Source of the DNA: a virus
IMG/VR virus record: IMGVR_UViG_3300042261_001452
Span: 22,640-86,639 of that record
Direction: 5' to 3' (one strand)
DNA: 64,000 nt
Made by a program: the position numbers and the translations under genes. The notes under the pieces were generated by a model. The model made no database searches. It saw only the letters and a program-made list of their open reading frames with translations, and had not been told where the DNA came from. Positions 1-8,176 of this stretch are shown piece by piece (within the stretch, counting starts at the first letter, position 1; every line of letters begins with the position of its first letter).

Positions 1-265
1 GTTTTTCTATTGGAATATCCTTATCTAAGTCTTCTGGCTTGGCATTTGCAACAATTTCAACAGGATTAGTATCTACATAATTGCTAGAAGAGCTTGTGGC
101 AAAGGTAACTAATACGCCAATAGCTATAACATGGAATACTAATGATCCTGCTGGACCCCATAGATGGATTAGAAATTGCCTCCAATGTTTCCTTATATTG
201 TTGAAAAAACTCAGTTTTGGTTCTTCCCATGAAGCCCTTCCACTTTCTAGATCGAAATTTTTCAT
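1..265 (-). CDS. Partial (runs off the left edge) single-pass membrane protein with an S-x-x-x-H transmembrane motif
   Basis: Not in the ORF track. ATG at 265 with GGAGGAG RBS, open to position 1: MKNFDLESGRASWEEPKLSFFNNIRKHWRQFLIHLWGPAGSLVFHVIAIGVLVTFATSS... Confidence 0.7.
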   Translation of the reverse strand, partial: MKNFDLESGRASWEEPKLSFFNNIRKHWRQFLIHLWGPAGSLVFHVIAIGVLVTFATSSSSNYVDTNPVEIVANAKPEDLDKDIPIEK

Positions 266-337
266 GATTTTCTCCTCCTAATTGCCATTATATCACAAAA
301 TAGAAGAATATCTTGAAAAAAAATTATTATGAAATAA

Positions 338-802
338 TTATTTTAGAAGTACTTTTCTAAATTTGCAAAACTCATCTAAATGTTCAACTTCATCGCCAAG
401 AATTTTTTCAATTAACATTTCGGTTGCTCTATCATTAGCTTGTTCGCACAAATCTAGGATTTCAGTATATAATTTTATTGCTTTTTTCTCAGCAAGAATA
501 TCTTGTTTTAAAGCTTCGTCAATATCTGAGGTAAAGGGAGCTAATGGTTCAATTTCCGTAGTTGGAGTACCACCCAATGAGCAAATTCTCATACAAAGAG
601 AATGAGCATGCCCATTTTCTTCATCCATATGGGCCTTAAAATGTTCAATTGTATCTACGAATTTCCCTTTGACATTATTATAATGTTGTTGATATTGCAT
701 TGAAGCTTGATATTCGGAGGCTAGGGCTTTATTTAAGAGGTCAACTAGATCAGTATTATTAGTATCATCATCAAAAAGCTTATTTGAATTGGTAAGTGAC
801 AT
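338..802 (-). CDS. Ferritin-like (bacterioferritin/Dps-like) di-iron protein
   Basis: Four-helix pattern LASEY...EENGH...LAEKKAIKLY...DEVEH (E, ExxH, E, ExxH ligands); RBS AGGAG. Confidence 0.85.
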   Translation of the reverse strand: MSLTNSNKLFDDDTNNTDLVDLLNKALASEYQASMQYQQHYNNVKGKFVDTIEHFKAHMDEENGHAHSLCMRICSLGGTPTTEIEPLAPFTSDIDEALKQDILAEKKAIKLYTEILDLCEQANDRATEMLIEKILGDEVEHLDEFCKFRKVLLK

Positions 803-811
803 TTATATCTC

Positions 812-1576
812 CTATCTTATTGAATTTGAAATTCTTATTACGTCATCTGCATATTCTAGTGAATGTTCAGATTTCCAACCATTTGGCCCACCACCTTGAT
901 GCATTGCAATAAGTTGTCTTAAGGTAGGTGCCTTGCCAGTATCTTCCATAAATTCTCTTACCCATTTTGTAAGATATGCTCTAACAACTTTTTTTGCAAT
1001 ATTTGAATTGTGGCGTACTTGATTTACAGTATATTTGGCATTCATTTCTTTATTAGCATCTGTCAAATAACTTTGTTGTATTTGATAATCGCCATAAGAC
1101 CATTTCTTATTTATATCTAATTTTTTAATTCCCTTTTTACCAGTAGTTTCTTTATATGCAATTGCCGAAAGAATTTTATCGCTAAGTAATTCATTTATAA
1201 CTTCTTTGGCAGAGGAATATTCTTTTGCAGATAGCGTAGCTTTAGGGCTTTGTTGAGTTGGAACTTGTTCTTTAGGCTGAAGTTTATTAGAAAGCCAACT
1301 ATCCGGGATTTCAGGAACATTAAATGAGTTATCTGGAGTACGATTATATGCAAGATAGTTTTTTTCTGCTTCTGATAGATTATTCATTTTTCTTTGAATA
1401 TCTTCTTTTTTAACATTCATTTTCTGAGCGGCTTCAAGGGGGGAATAGCCCATCATTACTAAAAGAATTGCAGATAAGATAGCTTTGCTCCAATCTCCAC
1501 CCCCTTCTTTATACCAATCATCACAACTGGCGAGTATGAGATCATCAATTAGTTTATCTGACTTAATATTATGCAT
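812..1576 (-). CDS. Lysozyme-fold muralytic protein (SLT / i-type destabilase-like C-terminal domain)
   Basis: AIAYKET (candidate catalytic Glu), YGDYQI, IAMHQGGGPNGW; hydrophobic N-terminal stretch. Confidence 0.6.
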   Translation of the reverse strand: MHNIKSDKLIDDLILASCDDWYKEGGGDWSKAILSAILLVMMGYSPLEAAQKMNVKKEDIQRKMNNLSEAEKNYLAYNRTPDNSFNVPEIPDSWLSNKLQPKEQVPTQQSPKATLSAKEYSSAKEVINELLSDKILSAIAYKETTGKKGIKKLDINKKWSYGDYQIQQSYLTDANKEMNAKYTVNQVRHNSNIAKKVVRAYLTKWVREFMEDTGKAPTLRQLIAMHQGGGPNGWKSEHSLEYADDVIRISNSIR

Positions 1577-1671
1577 ATTTTATATTTCTTTTTTTAAAAA
1601 ATATATCCCTTCTTATATTGGGTAGGATTTTTTATAATATTCGTAGAAAAAGATATAAAGGAGAAAAAAAT

Positions 1672-2043
1672 ATGAAACTTACATTTTCTAAGAAAGAATG
1701 GGACTCTTTAGGTGCTTCCAAGATAAAACTAGCTCAAAAAACAGAACAAAAGACAGAACAAAAGACTGAGAAACAACAACCTCAATTACAGCAAGTTGGT
1801 AATACTTATTATGCCAATTATAAACTAGAGAAAGAGACTGGAGATACTGTCATTACGGTAACTGATGAGGTTGGTAGAATTTTTGCAAGTGTAAGAACTG
1901 GCCCTGATGCTAGAGAAAATGCAAGAGATATTATCAGTGATTATGAAATGATGAGAAACATAGATGACTTATTTGGCCTAAAACATTTCCTAGTTCGTTT
2001 TGGCATAATTAGAAGAAAAGATCAGCTCGTCAAGGCAAAATGA
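1672..2043 (+). CDS. Hypothetical protein with MKLTFSKKEW leader and KTEQ repeats
   Basis: ATG 1672 after AAGGAG RBS and late-type promoter; ORF-track TTG start judged too long. Confidence 0.7.
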   Translation: MKLTFSKKEWDSLGASKIKLAQKTEQKTEQKTEKQQPQLQQVGNTYYANYKLEKETGDTVITVTDEVGRIFASVRTGPDARENARDIISDYEMMRNIDDLFGLKHFLVRFGIIRRKDQLVKAK

Positions 2044-2744
2044 AAATCTTTAAAATATCTCAAAAAGTAACTGAAAAACTATTTGACCTTTATGATGTAG
2101 TATGGAATGCTAATTCTATCGAAGAACTTAAAAATGAATTAGTTAAAAATAATATTAATTTTAATGAGTTAAATCTTAAAGGAAATATTGTGCTTACTAT
2201 TAATCATAATGGTAAGAAACAAGTTATTGATGATAGTCTAAATATAAAAGAAGCAACTGAATGGATTTGGAGCATTTTAGATCATCAGTTAGATCAATAT
2301 ATTGGAGAAGATAACGAAGATTTTAATGAAAAATTTTGGAAAAATGTTTGTACGCCATATGGCAATAATGAACTATATCATGCTACTCGCAGTAAAAATG
2401 TTGACGAAATAAAGGCTCGTGGATTATTAAAGATGAATAAGTCCAGAGGAATTAATAATAAATCAACAGGAAATGCTGTTTTTACAAGTTTAACAGATAC
2501 AGATATTGATTCTTATGGAGAAATTATTATTAAAATAGATATGTGCCAAATGAAGAAAGATGGATACATGCCTGAAGTTAGTATGGAAAAACCAATTGAA
2601 GAGGCAAATTTAAGAAATCAGTTAGCATGGAAAATAGGAATAAAAGAATTTAATGCAATTGATGAATATTCTTCTGAGGGATTATTTGAAACAACTGTTG
2701 TTATTTATGGAAATATACCTCCAAAATATCTTTATTTTGCATAA
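2040..2744 (+). CDS. ADP-ribosyltransferase-fold protein (Tpt1/KptA-like C-terminal domain)
   Basis: LYHAT...IKARGL...AVFTS...YG.IIIKID...GNIPPKYL; MKIFKISQ leader. Confidence 0.6.
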   Translation: MKIFKISQKVTEKLFDLYDVVWNANSIEELKNELVKNNINFNELNLKGNIVLTINHNGKKQVIDDSLNIKEATEWIWSILDHQLDQYIGEDNEDFNEKFWKNVCTPYGNNELYHATRSKNVDEIKARGLLKMNKSRGINNKSTGNAVFTSLTDTDIDSYGEIIIKIDMCQMKKDGYMPEVSMEKPIEEANLRNQLAWKIGIKEFNAIDEYSSEGLFETTVVIYGNIPPKYLYFA

Positions 2745-2745
2745 T

Positions 2746-3390
2746 TTAGATATTAATTCTTATTCCGCTTTTCCAACCATTATAGGCACTATTCTTATCT
2801 ATTACCATCACAACTTTTTCATTAAAGTCATATTTTTTAATCTTCTTTCTTCCCCACTTCCCATATGTCTCATCAGTTAATTGGAAAAAAGCCTTCCCAT
2901 TTTTATTAACAAATAATCTTACCCCGCCATGATCTAAAACTAGTTTAATTAATTTGTTTGGATGGGAAGATAAATTCGCATGCATCGCAAAAGTATCAAT
3001 GTCTAAAAGAGAAATAAATAAGTCCATATTCTTCTTTGCAATAGTACAATGATTAGGCCCACTAACTAAGATGCCTTTTGAAACTATCCAATAATTGCCT
3101 AATAACTTTTCAGATTTTACTTCCTTATTTACCTCTCCTATAATATCTTGTCCAGTAATCTTTTTCCATAAAAATCTAATGTTTTCAGCAATTATCTTTA
3201 ATTCTCCCAAAGATAAATCATTTTCTACCTGCCTTGGAGTAGGTAAATTATAAATAAGCTTTCTTAATTGCTCTTCTCCCACTTTATAACTCTTGGAATA
3301 TAACTTAAGAGATTCAACGTAGGCTGCTAAATCTTTTGCAGATGGCATCTCCCCATTCTTTATCGCAGCTAAACTTATTATATTATTCAC
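2746..3390 (-). CDS. Hypothetical protein
   Basis: 214-aa ORF overlapping the end of the upstream gene. Confidence 0.7.
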   Translation of the reverse strand: MNNIISLAAIKNGEMPSAKDLAAYVESLKLYSKSYKVGEEQLRKLIYNLPTPRQVENDLSLGELKIIAENIRFLWKKITGQDIIGEVNKEVKSEKLLGNYWIVSKGILVSGPNHCTIAKKNMDLFISLLDIDTFAMHANLSSHPNKLIKLVLDHGGVRLFVNKNGKAFFQLTDETYGKWGRKKIKKYDFNEKVVMVIDKNSAYNGWKSGIRINI

Positions 3391-5386
3391 TAATATTCTC
3401 CAATAATTTAGGCTTTATTATTCTCTCCTTTGGAATCATATCAATTACCTTTTGATAATTCTCAGGTGATAAATGATACACCCTAGAGGCAACCTCTTTA
3501 ATAACTTCATCTTTTGTTCCAGTTTCTAACATTAAAAGTAATCCCAAAACAGATGCATTCAATATTATATCAAAGAAATTCTCTTCGGCCTTATTAAATA
3601 ATATCAGTAACGTTTTATTGTTTCTAAGCTTTGGATTTATCAATAATATTTTAAAAAGAAATAAAGCCATATTCTTTACTACATCCTCATCAGCTTCGTA
3701 ATTTTCTAATAGATCTTCTACTATTGTTAAAGCTTCTATTTCTTTATTCTCTTTTAACAGTGTTTTAATAGTAAATATCTTTTTGTTTAATAAATGCTTA
3801 GAACAAATGGTTCCCGAAGGTTTTCTTTTCTTTGTCTGAGCGGTTTTGAATTTACCAAATTTATCTTTAAGCAATAAAATAGCTTCTTCTTTAGTGATAT
3901 CTGGATTATCATCTTTTAAACCTTTTACAAACTCTGTAATTTCATTCATGTGTGGACCGGGCTTAATATTAAGAGCTTGCATGATCTCATTTCCATTAAG
4001 AATAGGCGCAACCTTTTCCTTACTACCAATTGATAAAGAACTTACAGCAGACTCTAATTGTTGTTTTAAATTATTATATTCCGCTATTGTATCCTCACTA
4101 ACGGTTTTATCTTTAGAATATGCATCAGCAGTAGAAAGATTTAAAATATCCATCCATTGAAGAGAGGCTTCTCCCATATTTCTAATAAATTTTCTAAATG
4201 CCTTAGCTCCACTATCGTCCCTTGTAAAGGAATGAAGCTTCATATGATTCTTAACTATATCAGAAACTTCTTTTATATAAGGATCTAATTTTAAAAACTT
4301 TAATATATGCTTAACAATTTCTGCACTCTCATCTTCATGTCCAATATAACTCGTATATCCTTTTTCATGCCCCGGATATTTATCTGTTCCAATCCTTTTT
4401 GTTTGTATTTCTGAATATAATTTCCCTATATCATGAGTTAAAGCCGCTAATATCATTACCACTCTTCTCTCTCCCTCATATTCAGGATGATTTTTTAATA
4501 GATTATTAATTACTTGAAAGGTATGTCCCCATAAAGATAGCTTATGATTAGGATTATTTTGATCCATATCTAAATCAGCCATTTTGCCTTCATATTTAGT
4601 TCCAACTAAAGATTCTTTCAATAGCTCTTGAAGCAATCCAGTATCTTTAAGGAGAGATATACCTATTTCTGAATTTGGATTTTTAAATATCTTTTGTAGC
4701 TCTTGCCCAATTCTTTCTTTAGATATTTTCTTTTTAATATCTTCTATTAATTCAGGATTCTTCATGGCTTCATATGTTTCAGAATGAATTGTAAAGCCAA
4801 GTTGAGAGGCAAATCTTATACATCTAAATATTCTTAATGGATCTTCCTTAAATGTCATTAATGGATCTAATGGAGTCCTGACAGTCTTTGCTATAATATC
4901 TTTTATGCCTTTCCCCGTAAAGTCTTCTACTAAATTAGTATTTAAGTTATAAAAAAGAGAATTCATTGTAAAATCTCTTCTTAAAGCATCTTCTTCTGGA
5001 GTTGCTGCCATAACCTCTGGAACTCTAGAATCATCCTTATAAATCTCTGTTCTCGCTTGAGCAAAATCTACTTCAATAACTTTTCCACTAGAAGGCAATG
5101 GAATATAGGCTTTAGCTGTTGTAATATTTTTTGACTTCTCTGGATTAGATTTAATAATATGAGCAGGATTAGCTGATAAATAATTACTAACTAGATTGGC
5201 TATTTGTTCTCCACTTAAATTATCTACCATAATATCAATGTCAGAAGCTTCTTTCCCTAAAAGCTTATTTCGTATCCATCCTCCAGCAATTCTTAAAGTA
5301 GTATTAGGAGCTTTTTCTCTAATAATTGTTTTTAGAATATTAAAAAGCTCTTTTTCTTCTGAGGTGATATTGATATTTGAATTCAT
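3383..5386 (-). CDS. cca: Class II tRNA nucleotidyltransferase (CCA-adding enzyme) with HD domain
   Basis: GGWIRN, DIDI, RTEIY..SRVP, EEDALRRDFTMN, EDPLRIFR motifs; HD domain HT...HDIGK...H...D. Confidence 0.9.
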   Translation of the reverse strand: MNSNINITSEEKELFNILKTIIREKAPNTTLRIAGGWIRNKLLGKEASDIDIMVDNLSGEQIANLVSNYLSANPAHIIKSNPEKSKNITTAKAYIPLPSSGKVIEVDFAQARTEIYKDDSRVPEVMAATPEEDALRRDFTMNSLFYNLNTNLVEDFTGKGIKDIIAKTVRTPLDPLMTFKEDPLRIFRCIRFASQLGFTIHSETYEAMKNPELIEDIKKKISKERIGQELQKIFKNPNSEIGISLLKDTGLLQELLKESLVGTKYEGKMADLDMDQNNPNHKLSLWGHTFQVINNLLKNHPEYEGERRVVMILAALTHDIGKLYSEIQTKRIGTDKYPGHEKGYTSYIGHEDESAEIVKHILKFLKLDPYIKEVSDIVKNHMKLHSFTRDDSGAKAFRKFIRNMGEASLQWMDILNLSTADAYSKDKTVSEDTIAEYNNLKQQLESAVSSLSIGSKEKVAPILNGNEIMQALNIKPGPHMNEITEFVKGLKDDNPDITKEEAILLLKDKFGKFKTAQTKKRKPSGTICSKHLLNKKIFTIKTLLKENKEIEALTIVEDLLENYEADEDVVKNMALFLFKILLINPKLRNNKTLLILFNKAEENFFDIILNASVLGLLLMLETGTKDEVIKEVASRVYHLSPENYQKVIDMIPKERIIKPKLLENISE

Positions 5387-5392
5387 ATTCTT

Positions 5393-5770
5393 TTAGAATT
5401 TTATTGGCGAATTAGATAAAGCAAAATCCGCTAAATCATCGGGAATAACTTTCGGTTTATGAGGAGAACAATCTTTCCACCCACGCCAAAAAGCTCTCCC
5501 AATTGGAAACTTCTTTATCTCGGGATTCAGCATCATCCATTCTCCTTTTATATGTTCTTCTTTTGATTCCCAACCACGAAAATATGCATCTTCAATTTTT
5601 TGTTTAAAATTAGGATCATTTTTATCAATCTTAGAAGTAACAGATTGTTCTTTTTTTTGTTTAAAATTAGGATCATTTTTATCAGTCTTAGAAGTAACAG
5701 ATTGTTCTTTGAACCAACCTGCCTTTTTACCCATTTCTTCCCACTGACTCTTACTTAGCTTTATTTTCAT
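5393..5770 (-). CDS. Hypothetical protein with MKIKLSKSQWEEMGKKAGW leader and 19-aa internal duplication
   Basis: KEQSVTSKxDKNDPNFKQK twice (57-bp tandem repeat at about 5596-5710). Confidence 0.75.
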   Translation of the reverse strand: MKIKLSKSQWEEMGKKAGWFKEQSVTSKTDKNDPNFKQKKEQSVTSKIDKNDPNFKQKIEDAYFRGWESKEEHIKGEWMMLNPEIKKFPIGRAFWRGWKDCSPHKPKVIPDDLADFALSNSPIKF

Positions 5771-5982
5771 ATCTTCTCTTCCTTTTTAATTTGTCTTATT
5801 TGAATTTTACCACCACAGTTTTTACATTTTTTAAATCCATATTGATCTTTAATTACTTTAGGATTTACTTCTCCGCAATATTGACAATATCTTTCTATAT
5901 TCTTCTTTAGAAAGTCTTTCAATAATTCACTGGGAGACGTTTCCTCTTCTTGATTATCTTGCGATATTCTAAATATTCTCAT
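5767..5982 (-). CDS. Small zinc-ribbon protein with MRIFRISQ leader
   Basis: CQYC...CKNC; start moved to 5982 because the late promoter overlaps the upstream ATG. Confidence 0.7.
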   Translation of the reverse strand: MRIFRISQDNQEEETSPSELLKDFLKKNIERYCQYCGEVNPKVIKDQYGFKKCKNCGGKIQIRQIKKEEKI

Positions 5983-6041
5983 ATAAAATAATTCAAGAAA
6001 CATTATTTTATTCCTTTAGTTTTATCGCTATTGGCAAATTT

Positions 6042-6254
6042 TTATTCGATAATTGGAATCGCTGGAGTTAGACCATCTTTAAAATTTTTGTTTAAATGTA
6101 TTTCTAACATTTTTTCTTTTATGACTTTAGCATTTTGACCGATATAAAACCAATAGATAAGAGTTAATCTTTTAGGATTTTCACCACATTGATTAACATA
6201 ACTGGATGATTTGGTTAATTCATCAGATGTAATGCTAACTATTGGAGGTATCAT
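6042..6254 (-). CDS. Hypothetical protein
   Basis: 70 aa, GAGGAG RBS. Confidence 0.55.
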   Translation of the reverse strand: MIPPIVSITSDELTKSSSYVNQCGENPKRLTLIYWFYIGQNAKVIKEKMLEIHLNKNFKDGLTPAIPIIE

Positions 6255-6316
6255 ATTTTACTCCTCAAATGTGGATAAAGATAGATGTTCCTATTTCTTT
6301 CAAAAAATAGAAAAAC

Positions 6317-6342
6317 AAAAAAGAGGGTTTTTCAACCCTCTT
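6317..6342 (-). terminator. Rho-independent terminator after the capsid gene
   Basis: AAGAGGGTT-TTTC-AACCCTCTT stem with A-tract on its left (U-tail on - strand). Confidence 0.75.
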
Positions 6343-6371
6343 CCTTGTTTAATTTGAAACTTTATTCAATC

Positions 6372-7238
6372 TTAGGAACCAGCAGTAACTGTAATCTTGG
6401 CAACTGCATAGTTGTTGATGATTACAATACCAATATCCTCATAGATTACCCAGCCCAAACGAAGCTTCTTTGGATCGTCAGCGGGAAGTACGGTGATGTC
6501 CTGACGAACAGGGAATGCACCAACGTATTCTGCGGGGGCTAGTAGGAATACTGTATCTGATGGACACTTAGACGATACGTGAATATCGGCTGTGAAAATG
6601 TGACCAAATAGACCAGTTGTAAGAACTTCCTTCTGAGTGGCCTCATCATAAACAGTCTTACCCCAGTTACGAATATCAATGTAACGAAGAGCGTGTGTTA
6701 CGACCTTGCCAACAGTTAGATCATGCTGCTCAATTGTACCGAAAGCTGAATTAAGAGCCTGAACGGTTAGAGCGCCACCAGTAGAAACTACGGTATTAGC
6801 CGCAGTAACAGCAGCGTTAATAGCGTTGAAGATGTTAAGATCTTCTTCCTTCTGGATGGCTTCCTTAGCCTTAATCTGAGCGCGATCTACAATATAGAAA
6901 CGGCGAGCCTTAACTTCCGATAGACGGATGGTGGGGTTCGTAGCAATTTCGAATGTAGGAACTAGGATTTCCTCACCTTCGGTGAATCCATCTGGTACTG
7001 CGCCTCTACGAGAAATTACGAATGCGGTCTGTCTTACGTCCTTCTCATAACGGGCATAAGCGCCTTGTGGTAGTTCATCTACCATTAATAGTTTACGACC
7101 TACTGCTTGGTATTCTAGAGCGCGGCGGATAGGTTCTACCATTGCTTGTGCAAGGGCGACTCTTCCATCGGGTGTCTCTAGAGCCTGTGCAATTAGGGCT
7201 TCTCTCTCTGCATTTACTGCTCTCTTATCAATAGCCAT
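6372..7238 (-). CDS. Major capsid protein, HK97 fold (encapsulin-sized)
   Basis: Gene order protease/scaffold > decoration > MCP; strongly biased codon usage; motifs LAQAMVEPIRRALEYQAVGRKLLMVDELPQG and LGWVIYEDIGI. Confidence 0.85.
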   Translation of the reverse strand: MAIDKRAVNAEREALIAQALETPDGRVALAQAMVEPIRRALEYQAVGRKLLMVDELPQGAYARYEKDVRQTAFVISRRGAVPDGFTEGEEILVPTFEIATNPTIRLSEVKARRFYIVDRAQIKAKEAIQKEEDLNIFNAINAAVTAANTVVSTGGALTVQALNSAFGTIEQHDLTVGKVVTHALRYIDIRNWGKTVYDEATQKEVLTTGLFGHIFTADIHVSSKCPSDTVFLLAPAEYVGAFPVRQDITVLPADDPKKLRLGWVIYEDIGIVIINNYAVAKITVTAGS

Positions 7239-7296
7239 TTTATTTCTCCTTTTTTTGTAACTTATAGGGGTGTTAAGTAGCCTATAAACTTATTTA

Positions 7297-7827
7297 TTAG
7301 ATTAACAACTTAATTTCGATGTAGTTGTTAGCAGTACCACTAGGGGACTGACCAGCAAGAGCTGCATCGCCGTTAATGTTTACGCCGGGAACTCCAGAAG
7401 GATAGCTTCCAGCAGTCTTGGTTAGAACTGCAACAACAGTTGAAGTGCTATGGGTATCTACTGTATCAAGAACGCCATTAACACCATATAGGCGGGCCAT
7501 AATGCTAGCACTTGCTACGTTAGCAGCAAATTGATCTGTAGCAAACTCACCACCGCTATGATATACTGTCATCTTGCCGCTTGCCTTGGTCTCATCATAG
7601 TAATCGGAAGCGCGACCCTGCCAGCCAGAAGAAACTCCGGGCATTGAAGAAACAGAGGTGCTCTTTGAGTCACCAGCTAGACCATATGGCTGAATGTTTG
7701 TGCTGCTCTGTAGAACGACATTGCCGTTTGAATCTAGAGAAACAACTTGACCTTCTAGAATCGAGGTCTGACCTGTAGCAACTGTTTTCTCAGCAGCAAC
7801 TACGAAAAAATTTGGAATTATTGCCAT
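7297..7827 (-). CDS. Capsid decoration/cement protein
   Basis: Small beta-rich G/S/T/A protein directly upstream of MCP; ASGKMTVY..GGEFATDQF. Confidence 0.65.
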   Translation of the reverse strand: MAIIPNFFVVAAEKTVATGQTSILEGQVVSLDSNGNVVLQSSTNIQPYGLAGDSKSTSVSSMPGVSSGWQGRASDYYDETKASGKMTVYHSGGEFATDQFAANVASASIMARLYGVNGVLDTVDTHSTSTVVAVLTKTAGSYPSGVPGVNINGDAALAGQSPSGTANNYIEIKLLI

Positions 7828-7998
7828 TTTTTTATCTCCTTTTAAGATTATGTTTTTTGTACTTTCGTTTACCTATTGGCTGCTCTATTTTCTTTCTCAT
7901 CTATATCAATCAATTTAATTCTTTGTTACCGTCCTTACTGCTCCATTTTTATTCCACTTTATATTCTCAGAGAATTATTGCCAATTTATGTATATTTG

Positions 7999-8022
7999 TT
8001 CTAAAAATATTAAGAAATTCCT
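7999..8022 (-). promoter_or_regulatory. Late-type promoter AGGA-N17-GAA driving decoration/MCP
   Basis: - strand AGGAATTTCTTAATATTTTTAGAA; same motif precedes about 16 other genes. Confidence 0.6.
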
Positions 8023-8095
8023 TCTATAAAAAATAAATATTTCACTAAATGTCAAAACAATCAATTTTATTGGTGTTTTTAATGTTTTTAGAAAC

Positions 8096-8128
8096 AAAAA
8101 GGGCTTGGGAATTTTATTTCCCAAGCCC
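8096..8128 (-). terminator. Rho-independent terminator after protease/scaffold gene
   Basis: GGGCTTGGGAA...TTCCCAAGCCC stem plus A-tract. Confidence 0.8.
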
Positions 8129-8176
8129 TAATATGTAATTATTGATTATTTTTTTATATTTATTTACTCAATATAT

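Noticed and set aside
3383-5386. Eukaryotic virus (NCLDV/herpes-like) origin suggested by the CCA enzyme and Ala-cleavage motifs
   Set aside because: Shine-Dalgarno sites, sigma70 promoters, intrinsic terminators and coupled operons indicate a bacterial host
338-7238. Encapsulin nanocompartment with ferritin cargo
   Set aside because: The HK97-fold gene lies with portal, terminase, prohead protease and decoration genes, so it is a viral capsid; the ferritin is 5.5 kb away with no evident cargo-loading peptide
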